In this document: piece after piece, positions 13,574 to 25,500 of the stretch | Position numbering within the stretch: the first letter of the stretch is position 1 | How the letters are laid out: each line of letters opens with the position of its first letter | From: Ramazzottius varieornatus | Taxonomy: Eukaryota > Animalia > Tardigrada | Length of the DNA: 64,000 nt | Direction: 5' to 3' | NCBI GenBank assembly: GCA_001949185.1 | Contig: BDGG01000016.1 | Span: forward strand, 62,001 to 126,000 | Position numbers and translations under genes: made by a program | Notes under the pieces: model-generated | Database searches by the model: none | Told to the model about the DNA's origin: nothing | The model's input: the letters and a program-made list of their open reading frames with translations, nothing else

Positions 13574-16500
13574 TCAAAGAGTACATTTGATATAGTAGAC
13601 CCATTCCGCAACTTCTTCGACAGGAGGAACGCCTTCGAAGATTGGAATCACCGTAATTTGGCTTAAAAGCGAGTTTTCTTTCGCAGTCTCTCCGTCTAGC
13701 GCCAACAGTGCCGGGTTGAAGCTGACTCCGATTCCGGCAGTCTTTTTGCTCTTGATGACGTCCGTGTTCTCCCGTACTTGGAAAGCGCGGTTGGACGAAC
13801 TCACCTTGAACGAACAAGGACGGGAAAAGGGATTACGAAACTCTAGCGGCGGCTGAAGATCCGTAGCTGGCGACTGCAGAGCGAAAGGTCCTCGGGGTTG
13901 GGGACGCAGGCAGGTGCCTTCTAGTATGAAGACGAACTCCCCGCCTCCACTAGCCGAACTGGCCACTAGACGCCCGCGAGACTTGCCAAGCTTGATGGGA
14001 TCGAACATGATATCCAAGTTCATCTCGGTGGGATTGTGGGAAGACCCAGGTGGCAGCGAGTACACCGACTTTTCGTTGATCAACTGGAACTCGGTGGCGC
14101 CCTCTACGATCTTGACCGCAAATTCAGCCTTGGTTCTCGAATGGTTTCGAAGAGTGCAGATCTGTGAGGCTGTACCTCCCAAAGACGCCGCAAAGGTGAC
14201 GGGAGGTTCAGGTTTGGGAAGGGTAGCGTGTAAGTTGAGCTCGACAGAGAAGATGCCTAATTCTGTGCTGCCGATATCAATGCGACCCTACAAAGCAAAA
14301 AAGCCGAAACGAATATAAGAACAATCACAAAGAAACACGCAATAATATACAGTCAAAAGAAGTTGGAAAAATACACAGGAAGTAGGCAATAAAACGTACA
14401 TTGAAGGTTATCATTTTAAAGTGGCGCACGCTTTCATGGTAATTGGCTGGCAGCGTGCGCTACTTGGGTAAGATAACCATGTTGTGCAATTTCGTTTGCC
14501 TGCCTCCCAAACTGTGTAAAGACGTACGATGTGAAGATCTAATTCAATCGCCAACCTACCTGAGTGGAGCCCGGTTTGAGGGGGAAGTATTCGACAACCA
14601 GGTCCATTTCTTTCTTGCCGGGAACGAGTGTGGGAATCGAGGGCTCCAGCGTTATTTCACCGGCGACACCTTGTAACTGACACGAGATGGTCACGTTAGT
14701 TTCCAAAGGATTGACAACCTTGACGATTTCTCTTCTGGAAGTGCGAACAGGCGCCGTGATGGTCTTTAAGTCGTACATCGGGCCACGTCCCACTTTGTAC
14801 TGAATATCGTAATACTGATATTCCCCGTCGGCATTCTTGAAGACGATCTTGTAGGTGTACACGGCATTCACGTCCCGATCACGTAAGGCTTTAAAGGTTA
14901 GTTCGTACTGACTATGACCCATGGGCGGCACATGGACCATACTGTTGCCGGTTAGTTCGATGGCCGGATCGACTTTGTCCGGCTTGATGTACTCGAAAGT
15001 GACGTTGAAGGATTGCGACTTTTGCAGCCAGTTATTGACCAGGAGTAATTCTTTGTGAGGAACTCGGCAAGGTACTTCCTTGCCAATCCTACCGTTGGGT
15101 TTCGGGGGCAAAGTTTTGCCGGCTAAACTGAAGACCTGACTTTGCCCAGCTGGGAGGATGACCGTGACCAGTCCTTGTTGCGGTTTGCTTTCAATGGGAC
15201 GGAAGATGGCTTCAAAGTGTTCGCTGCTATTGGCGCGCACTGTGACTTGCTGAGGCACGGTCCAGACAGGGTTCGACACTAGAGGCTTGAGGTTCCAAGG
15301 AGTAGCGGTGGTGTTAGTGATGGTCAATTGCTTGCGATCCGACTCACGAACCGGACATTCAAAGTTGAAGACTTCTTTGGGCAGGACGGGAGGCAGGCAA
15401 GCGCCAATCAGATTCAGCTTCACCGGGCTTTTGTTATGCGGAATGGTGCACTGAATGTCCAAGACGCGGATGTCGCTGCTAAGAAAAGCCGGTGTGAATA
15501 TCACTTCGAGTAAGAGCTGGCCCTTGGCTGGGATGTATCCCTTGTCGGGTTTGATGGTGTAATGGGGTGCTAGCAGGGCGGTGTCCCATGTGAAGTAGGC
15601 ACCCAGTTCGCCCTGACTGCGCAACAGCAGGTTCCGCTTGACCCATCCGCCCAGAACTACAGCGCCAAAGTCCACCGTCTGTTCGTCCAGCACGATATCC
15701 AATCCATCACATTTACCGTGGACCGAAGCCAGCTCCACAATAACCTGCTGGTCCGTCACAAAGCACAAGCGAGCGTCAAAGCCCGTAATACGCGCAGCGG
15801 GTTTAAAGTTGACAGAGGCCTCAATGGACTGACCCACAGCAATAATGACGGAAGAATGTGGAACTAGCCAGACTTCTTTGCTATCCAGAAGAGTCTTCAG
15901 TTGCGGGCCGGAGAGACTAGTGACCGGAAGTAGGACGACATGACCGTTAATCTCGACGAGTGAACGGTTGATGACGCTGAAGGACAAGGTTGAAACTTCG
16001 CCCACTTTGGCGTTCTTGAAGACCAAGTGGCGATGCCGCGAAGGTACTTCGACATGCAGCGGCACACCTTGTCCCTTTAGCTCGACAGTCTTGGTCACCG
16101 TACCGTTCATCAGAAAGGTCAGCGACCCAGTACAAGGACCAACCACCGTCGGACGGAACAGACAAGTGTGAATGACGCTATTTCCTGCAGCAAGCTTGGT
16201 GGAGATAAACTCGAAGGTGATGGCGGGTGGTAGGTCGTGGTTGATGAGGTCCAGGGTGACTGTTTGGGCTGTCCGATTGGCGATGATCAGCGGGACAGTA
16301 GCTCCGTATTTCGGGCTGTCTTTGGCGATGAGGACGGTGCCGAAGTCACACAGGTCAAAGCTGTAATCCACGGCCAGGCGGGCTAGTTCGCCGTTCAGAC
16401 GAACGACATACCGAGGTCCGAATTCAATCTCCACTACAAAATGTATCCCCTTGATTTGGTGTCGTAAGGATGTAGGAGAATAAACAAGTATCAAGTTGCT

Positions 16501-19500
16501 ACTCTGTCCCGGCGTCAGTTTGCCATGGTGTAATAACGTCAGATACTTGTCCGTGTTGACGGCGACAAACTCCGAGTTTTGCAAACTGGCAGTATAGGCT
16601 GCATTGACCAACCCGGTATTGGTCAGTTGGAAGCTCAGACGGTAAACGCTGTGCATTTCCGTTGGGCCCAAGTCGACATGGTTGACTTGGAATTTACTCC
16701 CGACGTTATGAAGGACCATACGGCTGTCTGTGACGGGTAAGTATGCGAATTCCACCGCCGGTGAAATGACTTGATGCTCCAGGACGCACTGCAAAGGTAT
16801 ACTGCGCTTCTCCACCCGACATAACAAGGTAAGGTCGGTGGTGAAGGCTTTCTTCGGCACCACCGTCACTTCCACTTGGCTGTCTTTACCGGGGTAGATG
16901 ACTCCTTTCATGGGCACCACACTCCACTGGGCCTCATCATCATGGCCTCTAAAGTTCTCCATATCCATATGGAAGCGCAGTTGTTTCTGTTCTGTGGTGG
17001 ATAACTGTAGCTTGAACTGCTTCTTCAAACCCGGCAACATGGGCTTGAAGGACAAGACTCTTGGGCTCCATGTCACTTCCGCGTCGCGAACAAGAGCACT
17101 GAAAGACAAGTTGAAGCTGAGCAAGGGATATTGGACCAGGTTTAGCAGCCATCGCGAGGAGAAGGTACCCTGGACGTATGGACAAAACGTCACGGTCAGC
17201 AAGGTTCGCTTGCCGGCCGCCACAATCCCTTGCATGGCCGAGACTTCGAAGGGAGCTTTGTTGGCGTCATCGTGGTCCAAACAGGTTAAGTTAAAGTGGT
17301 ACGACTGGTCGGTGGGGTTGTCCAGATAGAGTTCGCTGTGAACACTGCCTTCCGTTCCGATAGCGTCGAAATGCAAGGTCCAGCCCGCTTCCTCCTCTGA
17401 CGAAGTAGGGTGTAACACTCCGTCGGGACCTACGCTGCTGATGTGCAGAATGGGCAGTTTGGCAGCAACGTGAACAGGTATAAACAAAGGAAGGGACTGA
17501 GGTCGCTGATTTGCAATGGTGATAAGAACAGCTGTCAAATATTCACCGGGGATTTCAGGGCGGAAGGACAGACTAAAGGCCTGCGTCGCTCCGGCTGCGA
17601 TGGTTCCCTCTACAGGTGTCAAGTGGAAAGCGGTGGAAATCGGAGAATAACCGGTGATGAAGCTAGTCAGTTCCTGTTGAAAGTGCGATGGAAGGATACG
17701 GCGTGGCATCAGCGTGGAAGGCTTGTCGGCTTGTGGTGGAGTGGCCGCCAACAGAGCACGAGCTTCTTTGCCTGAAGGACCTTTCACTGCCGGAGGGGAA
17801 CGCACCGGCATAATCTTCTCCAAGACCGTGGCTACGGCGTTGTCTTTCGACGCTTTCCGACCACGCTTCTTGTTGGTGCCGTCGCGGGTAGCCGACGATT
17901 CCGTGGAAGACTGGGCCGACGGTGTCCGGCTTCCAGTTTTGCCGCCTTTGGTGGGGATGGGCAAGCTTTGAACCGACAAGTTCTCATCACTACTGTCTCC
18001 TGCCGGTCTATCCACCGCCTCTTTGGCCAATATATTCTTTTGGGGAGTTGCACTGATAGTTGAGCTGGGGTCTTTAGCTTGTAGCGACGATATCTGCTGG
18101 TTGAGGTAAGCGGTACATGGGAGGTTGTCAGTGCAGAACTGCGCGCTGTAGCTGATGGCGGGCAAGCCGGTGTTTTTGAGATTGAAGGTAAACCGCCGTT
18201 CTTCCAGCACGTTGGTCTCCCTCAAGAGAATTTCCTGCGTTTCGCACTCATAACTGGCGTAGCCAACGGTACCACTGACCACTACGGGTAGACTTCTTTG
18301 GGTGTTGGTTTGCACGACCACGCTAGGCTCGCTTTGTGGTACCAGAACCCTGGTTTGGCCGACGGGAAGTACCTCCATGGCGGGTGGAACGCTGCTGGGT
18401 GTTTGAGCGATGGTTGCCAGTTTCAGCTTGTCGTCCTCCACGAGGAATTTGTGGGAGGATGGTTCGGTTTGAGGGATATTGACGGCCGGCGCTATCTGAC
18501 CCTTGGCCGGAACATGGTCAGCTGCTTTACGCTGGTTCGAGGTACGACGTTTCGAAGTGCCTTTGCGCGCTCCTTTGGAATCGGATGATATGGACTCTTT
18601 CTTGGTGGGTTTCTTGTCTTTAGAAGGGGTCTTAGCATTCAGTGTCTTTTTGGGATCCTTTCGGGTCTCGTGCTTGTTCCCTTCTTTGCTGTGCTCGTCC
18701 GAGTCGCTCTCGCCGTGATCACCGCTTCGAGCCAGCTGCGAAGTTTCCTCGTCTCCATTTGACTTGCTGTTTTCGGGCACGACCTGCAGTATAACATGAA
18801 GAAAATAAGATATGAAGAGTTAAGTGCAACGATTTGGAAAATGAATCAATACGAAACGCGAGCAAACTCTGGAAGATCGTTATCAAGAGTGGCGCACGTT
18901 CCCGGCCATTAACCAAAACATTGCGCCACTTGATAGAACGACCATCCCGATATTGTTTTCACGGCCTCCCCTTTCTTACCTGCAAGACTTGTCGTTCTGA
19001 ATTCCAGACAGCCTCTGGATCGTATCTGTCATCCACGGTGATATCGCTCAGCTGTAAAGAAGCGATCTGGACACTGTAGCGAGCTGGAGCATCATCGGCA
19101 AGGTGCAGCTTGGCCTGAAGATGGGCGGCAGTTTGCGGCTTGAGGTGGCCACTTTTGGGCATGATAGCCAGCCCACTACCCAGGTTGTTCCATTCGTAGC
19201 GAACCCACTGAGAAGATCGATTTACAATGTCGAAAGTCTGCAGCTGCGTCTGTCCCGGACAAACATCCCCGAAACCGAGATGGTACCGCTCTCTAATCAC
19301 ATCTTCCAAATCCATCTCCGTTGCGCTAATCAGACGCGCTCGCTCGTCGTATGCTACAGCCGGCAGTTTATCAAGGTAAACTTTATCACCGGGCACAGTG
19401 GCGCCCACCAACAGCAGAAAATTATCTGGGCAAGCCGACTCCCGACAAGACAGCTCCAAGTATCGCTTGAAAGTGCCCAATTTGTCGGGACAGAACCTGA

Positions 19501-22500
19501 TGAGAAACTGTTTAAAGTCTTTGGCCGCCAAAGCCATCTGACACCTCTTCGTGCCGACCTGCGTGCTGGTATCATCGTTCGACAAGATGGCGAATATACC
19601 GTCGGCCACAGTCAAACTGAGGGAAGCTTCCACAGGTATAACGGTATCGTTGTGTATGACCAGAGGAAGATCGTGGTGTTCGCCGACGGGCGTATTGTAG
19701 AAGTACAACGATCGTGGGATAGAGTTGGTTGGTAGATGAGCGGGTAGACCGAACCGAAGATTGGGCAAGATGCCTTCGGCAAAAATATCAAAGGTAAGAG
19801 CGGCAGCTAATCGAATGGTCGGAGGTCCCGATAGCTCGATGGAAATGTCGCAGACAATGTGGTATTTGTTGGTCAGCACGGGAGCGTAGATGAGGGTGAG
19901 GAAGGCATGTCGATGCGACTCGATGACGATAGTGTTGGAGCCGTTGATGCTGAAACCTTCAACGTTGGCCTTGATGGCCGCAGCAGCTGGCGCACCCCCT
20001 TTTCCGCTAGAAGGAGCACCAGTACTGGGTGCGCCACTACCGGCTGGTTGCAGACGGACAAGGATGACGGTAGTCAGGTTAGTGGGATTGCTCAGCTTGA
20101 AGCGAAGGTGACGTTTGGTGCCGACCAGCGTGTGTTGGACGAAAAAGTGTTTTCGCTTGGGTAGGTAAACGGACTGGTCGAGTAGCCATTGGGACAGGCT
20201 GTTGTCGGGAACGGACAAAACGTCATGTGGGAGGACCCGATGTTCAAAGAAGATGTCCTCGATATTCTTCGAGTCGATGGTCGGTGCTGCCACTTCGCCG
20301 GAAAAGTGGTAGGTGAGACCGTCAGGGTACAATAAGGGATTGCGATCACTCAGTTCTAAGAAGTGCGATTCATCGTAGTTGCCCACCAGGTCCGATCCAA
20401 ACTCCCCGGAGATCTGGGCGGTATCCCCGACTTTGACTGTGCCAGCCTGAGGCTTGACAATAAAAGGCATGGCGGAGTTTAGCAGGGAACCAGCCCCTTC
20501 ACCCTTCTTGTTCGAATGCGTACTGGCGGTCGACGCTTTGGCCATCACGGCGCTGTTGATACCACCCAAGTTCTTGCCCAGCGTCGGCGTGTCAGTTCTA
20601 TGAAACATAAACAGAGCTTATGCGCCAGCTAGTTTGAGGCGATAAACAAGCTCGACCAGATCGGGTTGTCGAGTGGCGCACGTTTTCAGTATCATTGATG
20701 AAAGCGTGCGCTACTTGAGAAAAAACCTGGTCGGGCTTGTTTGCCGCGTTCCTCTTTAAATTTTAAAAACGTGGAATCGTGCCGTACCTAGGTGGGACAG
20801 CATTTTGGACGTGGGAGACCAGCTTTTTGAAGGCGTATTGAATGTCAAAGTCTCCACTATTTTGTATGGTGATGGTTCTGGATCTCTTTTGGCCGGGAGT
20901 ACTGCAGGCGAAGCGCATGTGTCCAGCTGGCGGGTTGAGGACAAAGCGGGAGTACCGAGCTGCCAGTACAGTCTTGATGGGAATCTCCGCTACACGCTGA
21001 CTGCCTCGACTGGGATCAAGCACCAGGCATTTTACCAGCTTCTCTTGCTTGACTTCAATTTCGGCCAGTGGGCGAAAGACAACGTTGACGTTCATGGGTC
21101 GTTCGGTGCCACTCAACGTACCACTAGCCGGTTGGAACTCCAGCAGGTTAGATAGTTGCGCAGTGGGGTACGACGGTATGATGATTTCGTCGAGGGCGAG
21201 TACCAGCTGGAAGGCACAGTCACTCTTGCTTTTGTTCTTGATGGTCATCTGTCTCGTAACTTCCTCTTTGACTCTGCAGACACCAAAGTCCAGGATGGGC
21301 TCAGCCATTTTGGGGAAGGTGATATCCAAGATGAGATCGTAACTCTCTCCGGAAATTGTTAGGCTCTCCGTCTGTGAAAATTAACCCGATGAAAGTTGAC
21401 AGCGCATAGTATAGAAGTGGGCACAGGGTTCAACCACGATCGATATCTCAAGTGGCGCACATTAAGTCCTGCGTTGGCTGGCAGCGTGCGCCACATGAGA
21501 AAACGACTTGGCTGAACTCATCTGCCGAGGGTTCCATAAAACCACCGGCCTCCGCACCTGTAAAACCGTGCTTTCGGGTTCGTCAGTGCTGAACTCGATC
21601 TTGAGAGGCTTTTTGGAATGAACCACCGGCTTTTCCCCCGAAGACATGAACTTAACCGGTATGCTCTGAATTTGTGCCGTCGCTTTCAGAACTCCTTCCC
21701 GAGCTTCGAATGTGAACTCAGAGGGCAGAGTATCAACTCCTACCAACTTCCACCTGACAGGCACCAGACCCTGCTTATTGCGCAGCTCAATAGCTCCGAT
21801 AGCCATTTCTCGCAGAGGTACCTTCTCGACCATGACATTCTTCAGTACCACTTCCGCTTGCGGCTTGATACATAGAGCGGACAGGGTGAACTGGACCGGA
21901 GCCGGATTGAATTCGGTGAAAGCCAATACGGTGTCTTCACAACGACCCACTGCGGCTGGATGAGCGAAGAAGCGGATGACCTGTTCACTCTCTGCCGGCA
22001 CCTTGAATCGCTCGGGAAGGATGGAAAAGTCCAGCGTCAGCCATTTAGCTTCTTTGGGGTTATTACCGGCATGTTTGACGATGTTGAAATGGGCATTGAG
22101 CGCCCTCTTGGAGGTATTACGAACAGTCATCACCACCACATTCTGCGACCACTTATCGGCCAACACATCACTCTTCTTCTTGCCCACCAACAGCGGCCCA
22201 AAGAAGAGCTTCTGCTCAGTCGTGACAAATACCGGTGCTTTTCGTTCATCTTGAATAGCCGGAATACTCATTCCCGCAGGAAATAAATCACTCAACTGTC
22301 CGAAGAGGTTGGGATACTGACACTGACCATTGGCATCCAGTGCGACGCTGCCTGAAGCGTAATCGACAATTTCGAAATTATAGCGCTCCTTGAAACTTCC
22401 TTCCTTGTTGGAATGGAAGTTTAGTCGCAGGTACATCTTTTCATGTGCCAACAACGACCACCTGAAGTTGGTCAGCGGCTTCGAGTCTGGTTCGCTGGCT

Positions 22501-25500
22501 TTACGAGCTTTCATGAAGCTAGGATAGAGAGTTGATAGGTCGTCTTTGCCGGCTTTGACTTCCGGGTTGGCACCGGAAGTGCCGGGTTCGCGACCATTCA
22601 TGGCCGAGCCGGGCAGGCGCTGCTTGACGGCTGACTTGGCCGCTGTTCTGGAACGATCCACTCCCAGTGTGTTGCCTTTGGCTTTGTTGGCGTTATTATC
22701 GTTGGGCGCCTCTTTGGGCTGAGCGCTAGGTACGCGGTCACTGCTGACCGCCACGTACTGGGATATTTTTGCGCCCAACGGTGGACTCGTACTGGGCGCC
22801 GGGGAACCTTCTCCCACAAAGTGGAAAGGCGACTCAGGGGAGACGCCTTGGTCCAACACGGGCACGAAAGGCCGACTGCGCAATACGTACGTCTGGGCTG
22901 GCAACAGGGGCAACTGCGCTTTGGTCACAGCTTGAAGGACGGCCAAGTCCGGCAGGTACCACCATCTATGGGACTTTTGCTTATCGTCAAGGTTGAATAG
23001 CCGATCGTCGCCATTGCGAGTGTACTTTCGGTACAGCAGAATCAGCTTGACGCCGAAAATTTTCTTGCTGGCATAGCGAGCTTTGATGCGAGCGATGACA
23101 ACCTTGTCTTTGGCAGCTCGTTCGGCCTCTGAGCTCTCCTTGGTTCGCGCACGAACTTCCTTGCCTTTGACCGTTCGTTTCTTCTGGTTATTCGTCGTAA
23201 CGGGGATGGTGCCACTGACATCTTTATTCAAGTTGTCGGACTTTTGACTTGCTCGCTTCGTGTCTTGTTTATTCTCGCCCGCCCACTCGTTGATCAAAGT
23301 ACAGCATTCTTTCAAGCTGGAGAAGAAAGCTTTGTGTGAACGATAAGCGTTGCTTTTCCATAAGGCCACCTCACTGCCGTCTTCTTTCAGGGATGGCTGC
23401 ATGGACCAGTAGTCGCGCTTGCTACGACTGGCGCCATTATCCTTGGTCGAGGTGGCTGGATGGGAAGTGCCCGGCTTGTTGCTTTTGGTCTTGAAGACGG
23501 ACAGGTTGCGAGCGCTGGCCGCCGCTCGGATGATGGATCGGCCACCCGGCATTGACATGGTCTCCAGACTCTGCATATCCTTGTAGGTCGTTGGCGTCAC
23601 GCTGCCAACAAAGATACCAAACATAACTGAAATCTGTCGATTAAGCAAAACAAGCATGACAAAGGATATACTGTATTTGAATGTAGAGCTCTTGACGATA
23701 ACTAATGCGAAGTCGGCGAACAAACTCGACAGGTCTGTTTTCCCAGTGGCGTACAGTACCAGTGGTATTAACTGAAGGCGTGCGCCGCTTGAAAAGCTAA
23801 TGTTGTCGGGTTTATTTGCCGCAGTTCAGTTTAGCTACTCATGAATATTACATGAATAGTGAATACATGAATACTCATAAATACTCATGAATAGTCACTA
23901 CAGTGTATTAAGTTTCAGTTATGAGCGTTACCTGCCACTTTCGCTGGCCGTGATCAGTTTATGACTTGATGGCACTCGAGATCCCGCCTTGTCTTTTGGA
24001 CCCAGCGTGTCTTTGTTGGTCAAGATGACGGGCGGCTGCTTGGCCTCTGTAGCTCGATGACGTTGTCGCTGATCCCGCATCATCCGTAGTGTGTCAACGT
24101 AGGCATTGATAGCCAAGCTAGCTTTGGTTCTGGTGGAGCGCGGTAGCTGACGGTAGTGGCCTTCCGACAAGGTGCGCAGTCCGTTCATGCGCCGAAGAAC
24201 CGCGGCATAGGCTTCATGGTTATGCGAACGACGTTGACGCATTCTTCGCTGACGGAACTGACGGAAACTGTTGAGCAGAATGTAAGAGTACACTCGCTGG
24301 CGGTTGGCCACGACAGCCAGCAGCATCCTCAGAGTACTGGGGTAGTTGTCGGTAAAGTCACTCTGTAAATCGTCAAAGACTACGCCACGACAGCAGTCGG
24401 GCTGTTGCAAGCGCCAAGTGATCAGTTGACCAAGGAGCTCTTCCGGTATGACGGCACTGTTCAGCTCCCTCATCTCCTCGGTTTGCGCACTGCGATACCG
24501 AATCGGCTTTGAAGTAAAGGGCAGGTCTGGATCGCGTTCTTTATTGGCCAAAGGATCGTTGGCGGAGTTGAGGCCTTTATTGTGGCCCACGGCTGACTTG
24601 GCCGGCTTATTGATGGGCGCTCTTGGGTTGGCCTTGTTCTTGTCGCGCAGTCTGCTGTCCACGTCAGGCGGTGTCTGGATACTACGAACCGCACCCGGAA
24701 GACCAGAGCTCGTCACCGAGGAAGGGTTGACCAGAAAGTTGAGAATCTTGTGATGGATGGCTTCGGTGGGGGTCTGGATAGCGTCCATGATGACTTGGTC
24801 AATGTGCAGCAGCGGCAGCTGGTAGAAATGACTGAGGCGAGTGGCCAGGGTGGTTTTTCCACACGATGGCGGACCATGAATGATAACCACAACACCTATA
24901 CACAAACCAAGCTCTAGTATTCTCTACAGGCGATTACGTCTAAGTCGACAAAATTAGGATTGCGAACTCGGCAAACGAACTCCACAAGATCGATTGCCCA
25001 AGTGGCGCACGCTTTCAGCTAATAACACTTGAAACCTGCGCCACTGGGTATACAGCTCGTGTCGAGTTTGATTCCTCAAGTGGCGCGCTTTCTCAGTTTT
25101 CTCAACTGGAAGCGTGCGCCACTCAGACAAACAATCTTCTCGAGTTCGTTTGTCCGGCTCCCACATCGTACCTTTCTTATCGGTGTTTCTGGTGGTGGGT
25201 GAGAAATGGTCGTATTCCACCAGAGCCTTCTGGACCGGTGTTTGAAGAGCGCTGTGTAGAGCTTGGTATAGTTCCCGTTTCGTTCCAAAGGACCGGCCCA
25301 TCTGCTGTTCAAAGGCTTCGGTGTCCAACCGCTGGTTCAACAACGCCGCTATTCCCCCGCCCTCGTCGTTGGCCGCTTGACTGCTGACAAGCTCCTTGAC
25401 TGCTGGGACATCGGCTACAACCTCGCCAGTCGGTGACATGGCAGGCCGTCCAGTCTTCGATCGGTAGGCCTCTAAGATTTCGCCAGGCAGAGACCCACCC